63,730 nt of DNA, filler included, from Thermodesulfobacteriota bacterium (GCA_036381125.1; 7 parts of 7 records of this genome joined end to end with filler, not necessarily neighbours in it), one strand, 5' to 3'; positions 19,186 to 30,888 are shown, counted from the first letter of the whole stretch. Program-made: numbers and translations. Notes: generated by a model from the letters alone, not told the origin.

Positions 19186-20189
19186 CCGCCCCTCGGCCCG
19201 GGCCGCGCCCGGTCCCCGGCGGCCGGCTGTCGCGGCTGCGTGCGGCGCTGCACCCGGTCCCAGGTGACGATCCCCCTGGGCCGTCCTGCGGCGTCGACGA
19301 CGGCCACCGGCGCGCCGCCGCTGCGCAGGAGGGCCGAGACCGCGCGCTTGAGGCTCGCCCCCTCGGGCAGCGTCTCGTGCAGGTGGACCCCGGCGGCCCG
19401 CCCGGGCGGCGCCATCACCTCCTCGACCGGGACCACGGCGAGGTGCTGCAGGATGTCGTCCGCGTCGAGGAGGCTGCCGACGAAGGCCGTCGCCGGGCTC
19501 GCCAGGAGCGCCGCCGGGGTGTCGACCTGCTCGAGCCGGCCCGCCCGCATGACGGCGATGCGGTCGGCGATCCTGAGCGCCAGGTCGACGTCGTGCGTGA
19601 CGAAGAGCACGGTCTTGCCGAACTGCCGCTGGATGCCGAGGAGCGCATCGGCCAGCGCGCCGCGGGTCAGGGCGTCGAGCGCGCCGAACGGCTCGTCCAT
19701 GAGGAGGATGGGCGGGTCGCCCGCGAGGGCGCGGGCGATCCCGACCCGCTGGGCCTGGCCGCCGGACAGCTCGCGCGGTCGCCGTTCGCGAAACTCGTCG
19801 GGCGGCAGCCCCACGAGGTCGAGGAGGAAGTCGACCCGGTCCCGGATGCGGCGGCGGTCCCAGCCGAGGATGCGCGGCACGGTGGCCACGTTGCGGGCCA
19901 CCGTCTGGTGGGGGAAGAGGCCCACCTGCTGGATCACGTAACCGATCCCCCGCCTCAGCTCGGCCGGCGGCCGGCTGCGGACGTCGACGCCCTCGACCTC
20001 GACCCGGCCGGAGGTCGGCTCCACGAGGCGGTTGATGGTCTTGAGGAGCGTCGTCTTGCCGCTCCCCGACGTGCCGAGCAGGACCAGCAGCTCGCCCGCC
20101 TCCACGTCGAGCGACACCCCGTCGACCGCCGGCCGCGCCTGCCCCGGGAACGTCTTGACGACGTCGTCGAGGCGGATGGCGGTGGGCAT
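19182..20189 (-). CDS. Osmoprotectant ABC ATPase with CBS domain
   Basis: GTSGSGKTT, IGYVIQQVGLFPH, LSGGQ, LLMDEPFGALD. Confidence 0.94.
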   Translation of the reverse strand: MPTAIRLDDVVKTFPGQARPAVDGVSLDVEAGELLVLLGTSGSGKTTLLKTINRLVEPTSGRVEVEGVDVRSRPPAELRRGIGYVIQQVGLFPHQTVARNVATVPRILGWDRRRIRDRVDFLLDLVGLPPDEFRERRPRELSGGQAQRVGIARALAGDPPILLMDEPFGALDALTRGALADALLGIQRQFGKTVLFVTHDVDLALRIADRIAVMRAGRLEQVDTPAALLASPATAFVGSLLDADDILQHLAVVPVEEVMAPPGRAAGVHLHETLPEGASLKRAVSALLRSGGAPVAVVDAAGRPRGIVTWDRVQRRTQPRQPAAGDRARPGPRGG

Positions 20190-20193
20190 ACGG

Positions 20194-21105
20194 TTAGAGG
20201 AGCCCCTGCTGCGTCAGGTACTCCCGGGCGACCTCGGCGTACTCGCGCTTCTTGCCGTCCACCTGCCAGTTCAGCTCCTGCATGACCGCGTCGGTCAGCT
20301 TGGGCTGGATGCGGTTGAGGACGGTCGCCACGTCGGGCGCCTTGTCGAGGAGCGCCTGCCGCACGACCGGCGCGACCTGGTAGGGGGGCCAGAGCCCCTT
20401 GTCGTCCTTGACGATGACGAGGTCGTAGCCCTTGATCTCGCCGTCGGTCCCGAACGCCACGGTGACGTCGGCCTGCCCGCTCACGAGCGCCCGGTACTTG
20501 ATGCCGTAGTCGACCAGCCGCACGCTCTTGAAGTCGAACCCGCCGTAGACCCGCTTGAGCCCCTTGAGGCCGTCGGGCCGCTCGGTGAACTCGGGGACCG
20601 CCGCGAGGACGAGGTTCGGCGCCTGCTTCGACATGGCCGAGAGGGTGTACATGTTGTACTTCTCGGCCGTCTTGCGGGTGATGGCGATGGCCTGCGTGTT
20701 GTTCATCGGCGCCGGGTCGAGCCACACCAGGTCCCACCGGCGCCTGTACTCGGCCTTGACGACCTCGTACACCTGACTCGGGTCGCTCATCACGTCCTTC
20801 TTGAGCATGTTGAGCAGCGCCGTGCCGGTGTATTCCGGGTAGAGGTCGATCTCGCCCGCCTTGAGCGCCTCGTGCGCGAGGAGCGTGCCGCCGAGGTTGA
20901 GCTTCCGCTCGACCTGGAAGCCCGCCTTCTCGAGCAGCAGAGCGTACATCTCGCCCAGGACGAGCTGCTCGGTGAAGTTCTTCGACCCGATGCGGATGGT
21001 CGGGCGCTCCGCTGCCGCGGCTGGGGGGACCTGGGCCAGGGCGACGAGCGCCGCCGCGAGCGCGGCGACCAGGGGGAGCAAGCGGAACGAGGGCTCGGGT
21101 CGCAT
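20194..21105 (-). CDS. Glycine betaine/choline ABC substrate-binding protein
   Basis: IGSKNFTEQ, YPEYTGT, RPDG, DDKGLWPPY; GGAGGAG SD. Confidence 0.94.
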   Translation of the reverse strand: MRPEPSFRLLPLVAALAAALVALAQVPPAAAAERPTIRIGSKNFTEQLVLGEMYALLLEKAGFQVERKLNLGGTLLAHEALKAGEIDLYPEYTGTALLNMLKKDVMSDPSQVYEVVKAEYRRRWDLVWLDPAPMNNTQAIAITRKTAEKYNMYTLSAMSKQAPNLVLAAVPEFTERPDGLKGLKRVYGGFDFKSVRLVDYGIKYRALVSGQADVTVAFGTDGEIKGYDLVIVKDDKGLWPPYQVAPVVRQALLDKAPDVATVLNRIQPKLTDAVMQELNWQVDGKKREYAEVAREYLTQQGLL

Positions 21106-21156
21106 GGGGTCTCCTCCGTTGGTTGCGATCCGCTTACTATGGCGCACCCGCGCGCC

Positions 21157-21795
21157 TCACGCCGTGGCCCTGCGGACCGTGCGCTCGATCAGGCCGAAGG
21201 CCGCCTCGGCGCCGAGGGCAAGGAGCGCGACCGGGACGGCGCCGGCCAGCAGCGCGCGCCAGTCGCTCATCCCGAGGCCGTTCACGATGAACTCGCCGAG
21301 CCCGCCGCCGCCGATGAAGGCGGCGAGCGTGGCGCTGGCGACCACCTCGACGGCCGCGGTGCGCAGCCCGGCCACCACGACCGGCAGCGCCAGCGGGGTC
21401 TCGATGCGGAGCAGGATCTCGCGGGCGGTCATCCCCATGCCCCGGGCCGCCTCGATCGGCCCGGCGTCCACGCCCGAGTAGCCCGCGTACGTGTTCACGA
21501 GGATCGGGGGGATCGCGAGCACCGTGAGCGCGACCAGGGCGGAGCGGAAGCCGAGGCCGAGGTAGGGGAGGACGAGCACGAGCACGGCGAGGCTCGGGAC
21601 GACTCGCAGCGCCCCGGCCAGCGCCATGAGGGCGCCGCCCAGACGCGGCGCGCGCGCCGCGCGGATGCCGAGCGGGACGGCGACGACCATGGCGAGCAGC
21701 AGGGCGCTCCCCGCGAGGGCGAGATGGGTGCGGGCCGCCGCGCCGATCTCGGCCGCGTGGGAGGCCGCGTATGTCCAGGCGTCGAGCGCCGCCAT
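21157..21795 (-). CDS. Osmoprotectant ABC permease
   Basis: [32 protein letters not shown]. Confidence 0.92.
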   Translation of the reverse strand: MAALDAWTYAASHAAEIGAAARTHLALAGSALLLAMVVAVPLGIRAARAPRLGGALMALAGALRVVPSLAVLVLVLPYLGLGFRSALVALTVLAIPPILVNTYAGYSGVDAGPIEAARGMGMTAREILLRIETPLALPVVVAGLRTAAVEVVASATLAAFIGGGGLGEFIVNGLGMSDWRALLAGAVPVALLALGAEAAFGLIERTVRRATA

Positions 21796-21813
21796 GCCGT
21801 CGGCCGCCGCGAC

Positions 21814-22203
21814 CTATCCCGCGACGGCGACCAGTTCGATCTCGACCAGCGCCCCGGGCAGCACGAGGTCGCACCGGACCGTGGAGCGAGCCGGCGGATC
21901 CACCGGGAAGTACTGGCGGTACACCTCGTTCATCCCCTGGAAGTTCGCGGTGTCGGTGATGAAGACCGTCGCCTTGACGACCTTGTCGAGGCCCGAGCCG
22001 CCCGCCTCGAGCGTGCGCTCGAGGTTCTCGAGCGCCTGCCGGGTCTGAGGCCCGATCCCGCCCTCGACCAGCCTGCCGGTCTCGGGGTCGGTCCCGAGCA
22101 TGCCCGACGTGTAGACGAGGCCGCCAGACTTCACGGCCGGGGAGAGCGGGAGGTCCCTGGGGGGCCTGCCGCTCCGGACGATCTCTCGTGTGGCCATCGG
22201 CAT
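21814..22203 (-). CDS. RidA/YjgF-family protein
   Basis: VYTSG, QTRQALENL, VVKATVF, MNEVY, PPARS, VEIE. Confidence 0.93.
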   Translation of the reverse strand: MPMATREIVRSGRPPRDLPLSPAVKSGGLVYTSGMLGTDPETGRLVEGGIGPQTRQALENLERTLEAGGSGLDKVVKATVFITDTANFQGMNEVYRQYFPVDPPARSTVRCDLVLPGALVEIELVAVAG

Positions 22204-22273
22204 CCTCTCGCGCCTGCGTGGGGTCCGGGTCGAACGGGCGCCCGTCCGGGCGCCATGGAGACATGGTAGCCGA

Positions 22274-22987
22274 TCACATCCCGAGGTACGCCCGCTTGAT
22301 CCCCTCGTCCGCGAGGAGGGCCTCGCTCGGCCCCTCGCGCGCGACGCGCCCGCTCTCGAGCACGACGCCGCGCGTCGCGAGCGCGAGCGCCTGGCGCGCG
22401 TTCTGCTCGACGAGGAGCACCGTCACGCCGCTCGCCGCGACCTCGCGGAGCGCCGCGAAGATCTGCCGCACGACGAGGGGCGCGAGGCCCTGGGACGGCT
22501 CGTCGACGAGCAGCAGGCGGGGGGCCGACATGAGGGCCCGCCCGATGGCGAGCATCTGCTGCTCGCCCCCCGAGAGGGTGCCGGCGGCCTGCGCGCCCCG
22601 CTCCGCCAGCCGGGGGAAGAGGGCGAGGACCCGCTCGAGCGCCTCGGCCTCGCGCGGCCGCGCGTGCGGCGCCGTGGCGCCGAGCAACAGGTTCTCCCGC
22701 ACCGTGAGGCTCGGGAAGAGGAGGCGCCCTTCGGGGATGAGGACGATCCCCATCTCGACGAGGCGATGCGGGGGCCGGCCGTCGATCCGCTCGCCCCCGA
22801 ACCGGACCTGGCCGGCCGCCGGCCGGACCAGGCCGGCCACCGCGCGCATCGCGGTCGTCTTGCCGGCCCCGTTGGCGCCGATCAGCGCCACGGTCTCCCG
22901 CTCGGCCACGGCGAACGACACGCCGTGGAGGACCTCGATGTCGCCGTAGCGGACGACGAGATCGCGGACCTCGAGGAGCGGCGTCAC
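22274..22987 (-). CDS. livF: Branched-chain amino acid ABC ATPase
   Basis: GANGAGKTT, PEGRLLFPSLTVREN, LSGGEQQMLAIGRALM, AYLG end. Confidence 0.92.
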   Translation of the reverse strand: MTPLLEVRDLVVRYGDIEVLHGVSFAVAERETVALIGANGAGKTTAMRAVAGLVRPAAGQVRFGGERIDGRPPHRLVEMGIVLIPEGRLLFPSLTVRENLLLGATAPHARPREAEALERVLALFPRLAERGAQAAGTLSGGEQQMLAIGRALMSAPRLLLVDEPSQGLAPLVVRQIFAALREVAASGVTVLLVEQNARQALALATRGVVLESGRVAREGPSEALLADEGIKRAYLGM

Positions 22988-23955
22988 GAGACGAGCTTCC
23001 GCCAGGCCCGCGCGACGCCGTCGACGAGCCCCCTCGGGAAGAAGAGGACGGTCACGATGAGGAGGCCGCCGTAGACGACGAGGTGGAGGCCCTCGAGCCC
23101 GCCCCTCGCGAAGGCGCTCCGGCTGAACTCGCCGAGCGGCGTGAGGATCGCGGCCCCGACGATCGGGCCGAGCACGGTGCCGGCCCCGCCGACGAAGGCG
23201 CGCAGGAGGATCTCGATGGAGAGCGGCGTCGAGAAGACGACGCTCGGGTGGATGTTCAGGTAGTACTGGGCGTAGAAGGTCCCGCCGAGGGCCGTCAGGG
23301 CGCCCGAGAGGGTGATGGCGGCGAGCTTCGCCCGCGTGGCGTCGACGCCGACGGCCCGCGCCGCCTCCTCGTCGTCCCGCACCGCCTTGAGGCGCCAGCC
23401 GAGCGGCGAGCGGCCGATCCAGGCGACCAGGGCGGTCGCGAGGACCATCATCGCGAGCGAGATGTAGTAGAAGGGCACCCGGCCTCTGAACTGGAAAAGG
23501 GCCGGCGCGTCGCCGCGGAAGGGGAGGAAGACGCCGACGGCCCCGCCCGCGAGGTCCCAGTGGAGGACGAGCACCCGCAGGATCTCGTTGAAGGCGAGCG
23601 TCGTCAGCGCGAAGTAGACGCCCCGCAGCCCGAACCGGAAGCCGAGGAGGCCGATGCCGACGGCCAGGAGGGCCGCGGCGGCCGCCCCCACCCACATGCC
23701 GAGCCAGGGCGACAGCCCCACGATCGTGAAGAGGAGCGTCGACGCGTAGGCGCCGACGCCGAAGTACGCCGAGTGGCCGAGCGAGAGCTGCCCCGCGTAG
23801 CCGCCGAGGAGGTTCCACGCCTGCCCGAGATAGGCGTAGTAGAAGACCAGGATGAGCGTGTTGAGGGTGTAGCTGTCCGTGACGACGAGCGGCACGGCTG
23901 CCAGCCCGGCGACCGTGACGATCGCCGCGGCACTGCGTCCGCGTCCGCGCCTCAC
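22984..23955 (-). CDS. livM: Branched-chain amino acid ABC permease
   Basis: WNLLGGYAGQLSLGHSAYFGVGAY, GVYFALTTLAF. Confidence 0.92.
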   Translation of the reverse strand: MRRGRGRSAAAIVTVAGLAAVPLVVTDSYTLNTLILVFYYAYLGQAWNLLGGYAGQLSLGHSAYFGVGAYASTLLFTIVGLSPWLGMWVGAAAAALLAVGIGLLGFRFGLRGVYFALTTLAFNEILRVLVLHWDLAGGAVGVFLPFRGDAPALFQFRGRVPFYYISLAMMVLATALVAWIGRSPLGWRLKAVRDDEEAARAVGVDATRAKLAAITLSGALTALGGTFYAQYYLNIHPSVVFSTPLSIEILLRAFVGGAGTVLGPIVGAAILTPLGEFSRSAFARGGLEGLHLVVYGGLLIVTVLFFPRGLVDGVARAWRKLVS

Positions 23956-24818
23956 GCCCGGCCCAGCAGGCCGGTCGGCCGGACCACGAGGATGAGGACC
24001 AGGAGCCCGAAGGCGACGACCGGCTTGAGCGACGGGGCGAAGACCACGGCGCCGATCGCCTCGGCGACCCCCACGACGAGGCCGCCGACGAACGCCCCCG
24101 CGAGGCTTCCCATGCCGCCGAGGATCACGACGACGAAGGAGGTGAGCGTGAAGGGGAGCGCCACGTCGGGGGCGACCTCGAAGAAGGGGACGATGAGCGC
24201 GCCGGCGGTGCCGGCGCAGGCGGCGCCGAGGCCGTAGGCCACGCCGTAGAGCCGGTTCACGTCGGCGCCGACGATGCGCGCGCCGTCGCGGCTGTCGGCC
24301 GCCGCGCGCAGCAGGGTGCCGAGGCGGCTCCTGCCGAGGAAGAGGGCGAGCGCGCCGGTCAGGGCGACGGCGAGGCCGCCCGCAACGAGCCGCGCGACGT
24401 CGACCGTGAGCGGCCCGAGCGGCAGGGCGGCCAGGGCCAGCGGCGTCTGCACGCCCCGGTGGTTGGGGCCGAAGAGGAACAGGGCGCCGTTCTGCAGGAC
24501 GAGCGCGACGCCGACCAGGAGGAGGACCTGGATCTCCTCCGGCATCTCGAGCACCCGGCCGACGAGCACCCGCTGGAGCAGGTAGCCGACGACGAAGAGC
24601 GACACCGCCGCGGCCGGCAGCGTCAGGTAGGGATCGAGGCCCGACGCCGCCGACGCGAACACGGTGACGTACATGCCGACCATCATCAGCTCGCCGTGGG
24701 CGAAGTTGGTCACGCGCATGACGCCGAAGATGAGCGACAGGCCCACAGCCATGAGGCTGTAGACGGCCCCCGTCAGGAGGCCGCCGACGAGGGCCTGACC
24801 GAGGAGGACGGCCGACAC
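23952..24818 (-). CDS. livH: Branched-chain amino acid ABC permease
   Basis: GLSLIFGVMRVTNFAHGE, VVILGGMGS, RPTGLLG. Confidence 0.93.
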   Translation of the reverse strand: MSAVLLGQALVGGLLTGAVYSLMAVGLSLIFGVMRVTNFAHGELMMVGMYVTVFASAASGLDPYLTLPAAAVSLFVVGYLLQRVLVGRVLEMPEEIQVLLLVGVALVLQNGALFLFGPNHRGVQTPLALAALPLGPLTVDVARLVAGGLAVALTGALALFLGRSRLGTLLRAAADSRDGARIVGADVNRLYGVAYGLGAACAGTAGALIVPFFEVAPDVALPFTLTSFVVVILGGMGSLAGAFVGGLVVGVAEAIGAVVFAPSLKPVVAFGLLVLILVVRPTGLLGRA

Positions 24819-24822
24819 GCGC

Positions 24823-26073
24823 CTACGTGCGCTCGTCCCAGCCCGGTGCCGGGAAGACCGGCCTCGCCTCGGCCTCGGCGTCCGGCAGGACGACCACGGG
24901 CCGCCGCTTCTGCACCTGGATCAGCGAGGTGCTGGCGTTGACGTTCTGGCCCTGCGCGTCGAACGTGATCGGACCGCCGGCCATGAGGTGGTCCTTGATG
25001 CTGGTCGTCCTGAGCGCCGCCACGATCCCGGCGGGGTCGAGGCTCTTGGCCCGCTCGAGGGCGTCGGCGGCCACGACGATCCCCTCGTAGCTGTAGCCGG
25101 AGTTCGTGTCGACGCCGCGGTCGTACGCCCGGCGGAAGGCGGCCTCCACGCGGCCGTGGAGCGGGCTCTTCGGGTTGTACCAGGGGGGCGCGTCCATGGC
25201 GAACTCGCCGAGGGGACCGGTCTGCTCGATGAACTCCTTCTCGTACCAGCCGGGGCTGCCGGGCGAGAGAATCCCCTTCAGCGGGACGCGCTGCTTGTAG
25301 AGTTCGCGCACGAGCATGACCGAGTCGCGGATCCGGTTGAACGGCAGGAGCACGTCCGGCCTGGCCGCCTTGATCCTGGCCACCTCGGTCGACAGGTCCT
25401 GCACGGTGAGGTCGTAGCCGATGACCTCTACGATCTTCACCGGGCTCTTCGCCGCCTCCATGGCCTGGAGGAACGCCTTGGAGACCACGGTGCCGAAGAG
25501 GTCCTTGGTGTACGTGACGACGGCGCGCTCCACCTGCGCGCCGCTCAGCCGGATGATCTCGGCGAGGTAGGCCGCGCCGTTCTTGCCGAGCGCGCTCGTC
25601 GTCGGGAAGATCCGGAAGACCTTGGTGAAGCCGCTCGTCGTGATCTGGTCGGCGGCCCCCACGTCCACGACGAAGGGCACCTCGCGCCGCTCGCAGACCT
25701 GGGCGATCGCCATGACGACGTCGCTCTGGAAGGCGCCGATGATGATCTGCGCGCCCTCGCGGATGAGCCGCTCGGCCTCGGCCGCGCCGACCTCGGCCTT
25801 GCTCTCGGAGTCGCCGACGAGCAGCTCGAGCCGCGCGTCCTTCGACCGGATCCCGCCGGCGCGGTTGATCTCCGCCACGGCGAGCTGGGCCCCCTGGCGG
25901 CAGGCCTGACCCACCTGGGCGAGGACGCCGCTCACCGGGTGGATCGCCCCGATCTTGATCGTCTTCGCCTGCGCCGCGCCGATGCGCGCGCCGGCCGCCA
26001 TCGTGACCGCCGCCGCCCCGGCGCCGGCGAGGAACGCACGCCGGTCCATGCCGGGTCGCCCAACGAGCCCCAT
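24823..26073 (-). CDS. LivJ/K-type substrate-binding protein with Tat signal
   Basis: DRRAFL twin-arginine motif; IKIGAIHPVSG; EINRAGGI; GGAGGAGG SD. Confidence 0.92.
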   Translation of the reverse strand: MGLVGRPGMDRRAFLAGAGAAAVTMAAGARIGAAQAKTIKIGAIHPVSGVLAQVGQACRQGAQLAVAEINRAGGIRSKDARLELLVGDSESKAEVGAAEAERLIREGAQIIIGAFQSDVVMAIAQVCERREVPFVVDVGAADQITTSGFTKVFRIFPTTSALGKNGAAYLAEIIRLSGAQVERAVVTYTKDLFGTVVSKAFLQAMEAAKSPVKIVEVIGYDLTVQDLSTEVARIKAARPDVLLPFNRIRDSVMLVRELYKQRVPLKGILSPGSPGWYEKEFIEQTGPLGEFAMDAPPWYNPKSPLHGRVEAAFRRAYDRGVDTNSGYSYEGIVVAADALERAKSLDPAGIVAALRTTSIKDHLMAGGPITFDAQGQNVNASTSLIQVQKRRPVVVLPDAEAEARPVFPAPGWDERT

Positions 26074-26084
26074 CGAGCCTGCCT

Positions 26085-26197
26085 CCTCCATCAACGGCTC
26101 GCGGCCGTCGTCCGCTCCGCGCGGGGTGAACCCACGCTCCGCTCTACGCGCGGCTTGCGCCGCGCGCCACCCGGTGGCCGCTCGCCTCTGCGGCGCC
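26085..26197 (-). repeat. Structured ~115-nt intergenic repeat, copy A
   Basis: Colinear with 40987-41100 and 35486-35523. Confidence 0.8.
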
Positions 26198-26454
26198 TGG
26201 CGGCGCCGCCTGCCCAGTCTGTGAGCCATCCTACGAAGGGGGCGGTCGGAAAGTCAAACGCTCGCCCGGGTCGTCGAGGAGCCGCGCAGGATCGTGAGGC
26301 GCGCCACGGTTCGCCGCAGGCGTCTCGAGTGGACCGGGTGACCGGACCCCGAGTGGCTCTCCTCGTCCCCGGATGCCCGCCATAGAATGGTGCGCATGTC
26401 GCTCCTCGAACAGGTCGCCGCCGGATCGGCGGCCGGCGAGACGTGTGGGCCGGC

Positions 26455-26515
26455 CGACGCTCCGTCGGCGCGCGCCCGTGGTCGGGCGCCACGAGCCGAC
26501 GGAGCGTCGTTTTTT
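26455..26515 (+). terminator. Terminator-like hairpin in the leader of the next gene
   Basis: Perfect 15-bp stem (26455-26469 with 26495-26509) plus T6. Confidence 0.65.
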
Positions 26516-26762
26516 CGGCCGCCCGATGGACGGCCGGTCCGGCGGCCCGTATCGTCGGAGCGGGACGGGCGTGAGGGGAGATCGTCCGCGCCGGGGAGCG
26601 CGCCGCCTCGCCCCTCGCGCTCGAGGACCTGCTCGATCGGATGCACCGGATCCCTGGTCTCTCGAACACCATGACCACGCTCGTGCTCACCTCCGTCGAG
26701 GAGGCGGGGCTGCCGGGGCAGATGGCCGTGCGCAGCGGCTCGAGCGTGTGCGGAGGACACTG

Positions 26763-26883
26763 ATGCCGGCAGGATGGGGGATCGTCGTGCTGCTCGCCGC
26801 GCTGGTTGCCGCGGCGCCGGCGGCCCGGGCGGCGACCGTGAAGATCGGCGTCGCCGGACCGATGACCGGCGACGTCGCCCAGT
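26763..26883 (+). CDS. Branched-chain amino acid binding protein, 5' fragment
   Basis: GGAGGA SD, signal peptide, VKIGVAGPMTGDVAQ; cut by contig end. Confidence 0.8.
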
Positions 26884-26983
26884 NNNNNNNNNNNNNNNNN
26901 NNNNNNNNNNNNNNNNNNNNNNNNNNNTTAATTAATTAANNNNNNNNNNNNNNNNNNNNNNNNNNNNNNNNNNNNNNNNNNNN
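26884..26983. other. Artificial contig spacer (also 35386-35485, 46918-47017, 54002-54101, 58831-58930, 61479-61578)
   Basis: 100-nt N runs with central TTAATTAATTAA six-frame stop. Confidence 0.99.
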
Positions 26984-27100
26984 GAGGTCGCGGCGGCCAT
27001 CCTCGGTCTCGGCAGCGCCGCCGGCCTGCGCGTCCGCAAGACCGCCGTCCGCCTTCGGGACGCGGCGGTCGTCCAGGCTACCGAGACGCCCGGGGCGTAA
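26984..27100 (+). CDS. 3' fragment, possibly the radical-SAM-linked protein that often precedes rng
   Basis: EVAAAILGLG..LRVRKTAVRL..*; call rests mostly on gene order. Confidence 0.4.
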   Translation, partial: EVAAAILGLGSAAGLRVRKTAVRLRDAAVVQATETPGA

Positions 27101-27111
27101 GGAGCGACTCC

Positions 27112-27631
27112 GCCCCTCCCCCGACAACCCCTCCGGGTCGTCGGCTGGCGCGGCCAGGCCGAGCCTCCCGCCGGCAGGACCGGGGACGGCGCGCAGGAGA
27201 GGCGTCGGCAGGGGCGCGATGCTCCGGTGACCGGGCGAGCGCATCCGGAGCGGAGGCCCGGCTTTGCCGGGCCGGAGCGCGCGAGAAAGGGGAGGTTGTC
27301 AGGAGGGGGGCGGAGCGGCGTGGAGTCAGGGGAGGGACCTGCGGCCCCTCCCCTGACAACCCCTCCGGGCCATCGGTTGCCTGGATCACCCCGCGAAGCC
27401 TTCGGCTTCGCGGGGGCCCCGATCAGAAGCCGCGGCGCCCTCGGTCAGGACCGAGGACCGTGCGCAGGAGACCTTGTCGGCAGGGGGCCGGCGCGCCGCC
27501 GACGGCCAGGCGCCGGCCCCCTCTCGGGACCGGGCGGCCCGCTCGTCGAAGCGGCCCCTCTGAAGCGGAGGCCCGGCTTTGCCGGGCCGGAGCGCGTGAG
27601 AAAGGGGAGGTTGTCAGGAGGGGGGCGGAGC
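27112..27631 (+). repeat. Two tandem MITE-like elements with terminal inverted repeats
   Basis: Copies ~27112-27316 and ~27344-27631; ends GCCCCTCCCCYGACAACCCCTCC and GGGGAGGTTGTCAGGAGGGGGGC; ~68-nt near-identical right part. Confidence 0.8.
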
Positions 27632-27647
27632 CCCCCTCTTGACTCGT

Positions 27648-29278
<1,631 letters not shown>

Positions 29279-29282
<4 letters not shown>

Positions 29283-30154
29283 CCCCTGCGGCCCGGGGGT
29301 CCTGCCTCGTCGCCGCCGCGGCGGTCTGCTGGGGCGCCCAGCCGACGCTCACGAAGCTCCTCTTCGTGCAGCGGCTCGGGCCGGTGGAGCTGTCGGCGCT
29401 TCGCGCCGTCATCGCCCTCGCCCTTCTCGCCGGCCTGCTGGCCGCGGCGGCGCCGAAGCGGCTCCTGGTCGCCCGCACCGACCTCCCCCTCCTCGCCCTC
29501 TTCGGCGTGGCCGGCATGGCGCTCGTCAACTGGGCCTACTTCGTCAACATCCGCCACAACACCGTGGCGACCGCCGTCCTGCTCGCGCAGACCGCGCCGG
29601 TCATCGTGGCGCCGCTCTCGGCCGTCCTCTTCCGGGAGCGGATCGGCCGTCGCGTCCGGGCCGCCTGCGCCCTCTCGGTGCTCGGCGCCCTCGTCATGGT
29701 GAGCGGAGGCGGCGCCGGGCCCCTGGCGCTCAACGTCACCGGGCTGGCCGCCGGCCTCTTCTGCGCCCTCGCCTACGCCGTCTACACGCTCCTCGGCAAG
29801 CGGGTGCTCGTGCGTCACGACGCCTCGACGGTGCTCGTCTACGCCCTCCTCTTCGCGACCCTCTTCTGGGGGGTCGTCGCCCCGCGGGCCTACCGGGACG
29901 TGCCGGACCTGACGCGGGACGCCTGGGCCGGGCTCCTCGCCCTCTCGACCGTGTCGACGCTCGTCCCCTTCGCCCTCTCCCTGCGCGGGATGTCGCTCCT
30001 TGCGCCGACGCGCGCGGCGATCATGCTGACGCTCGAGCCGGTCGCGGCGATCGTCATCGCCTGGCTCGCGCTCGGCGAGCCGCTCGGCCCCTTCGAGGCC
30101 GCCGGCGGCGCCCTCGTCGTCGGCGCCGCCCTCCTCGTTCAGAGGCAGGCGTGA
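29279..30154 (+). CDS. EamA/DMT transporter
   Basis: About 10 TM; ATGA overlap; LFRERI, TLEPVAA..LGEPL. Confidence 0.88.
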
Positions 30155-30888
30155 GTCTGCCGATGCGATCGGCCCTGCTCCTCCACGGCTTCACGGGCGA
30201 CCCCTGGGAGATGGGCCCCCTCGGCGCCGCCCTCGCGGCGGCCGGCTTCCGCGTCGAGACGCCGCGGCTGCCTGGGCACGACGGCACCCCGGAGGCGCTC
30301 GAGCGGGCGACGCGGGCCGACTGGACGCAGGCCGTCGGCAACGCCTTCGATCGCCTGGCCGCCTCCGGCGGGCCGGTCTGCGTGGCGGGGCTCTCGATGG
30401 GCGCCTTGCTCGCGCTGGAGCTGGCGGCCGGGCGCGGCCTCGCCGTGGCGGGCCTCGCCCTCATGGCCACGCCGCTCCGGTTCGTCGGGCGGTCCCGGCT
30501 CTACGGCTGGCTCCTGCCGCGCCTCGGCGTGCGCGAGCGCTGGCGCTTCGCCGACAAGGGACCGCGCGACGTGCTCGACCAGGCCGCGGTGGCCGGCTCG
30601 CCCCACACGCCGAAGATCCCGGCGCGGGCGTTCATCGAGCTGGAGGCGCTCCGCCGCAGCGTCGTGCGGGGCCTCGCCGCGGTGCGCTCCCCCGCGCTCG
30701 TCGTCCACGCCCGCAGGGACCACACCGCCTGGCCGGGGAGCGTCGAGGTGCTCGAGCGGCGCCTCGGGGGCCCGGTCGAGACGCTCTGGCTCGACCGGGC
30801 CCATCATCTCGTAACCGTGGACGTGGAGAAGGACCTCGTATGCGAGTCCGTGGTGCGCTTCTTCGATCGCGTCGCCGGGGGCCGATGA
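30151..30888 (+). CDS. Carboxylesterase, alpha/beta hydrolase
   Basis: LLHGFTG, RLPGH, GLSMG, DH, C-terminal His. Confidence 0.9.
   Translation: MSLPMRSALLLHGFTGDPWEMGPLGAALAAAGFRVETPRLPGHDGTPEALERATRADWTQAVGNAFDRLAASGGPVCVAGLSMGALLALELAAGRGLAVAGLALMATPLRFVGRSRLYGWLLPRLGVRERWRFADKGPRDVLDQAAVAGSPHTPKIPARAFIELEALRRSVVRGLAAVRSPALVVHARRDHTAWPGSVEVLERRLGGPVETLWLDRAHHLVTVDVEKDLVCESVVRFFDRVAGGR

Noticed and set aside
26884-26983. TTAATTAATTAA repeated six times
   Set aside because: Artificial linker; adjacency across spacers carries no biological meaning
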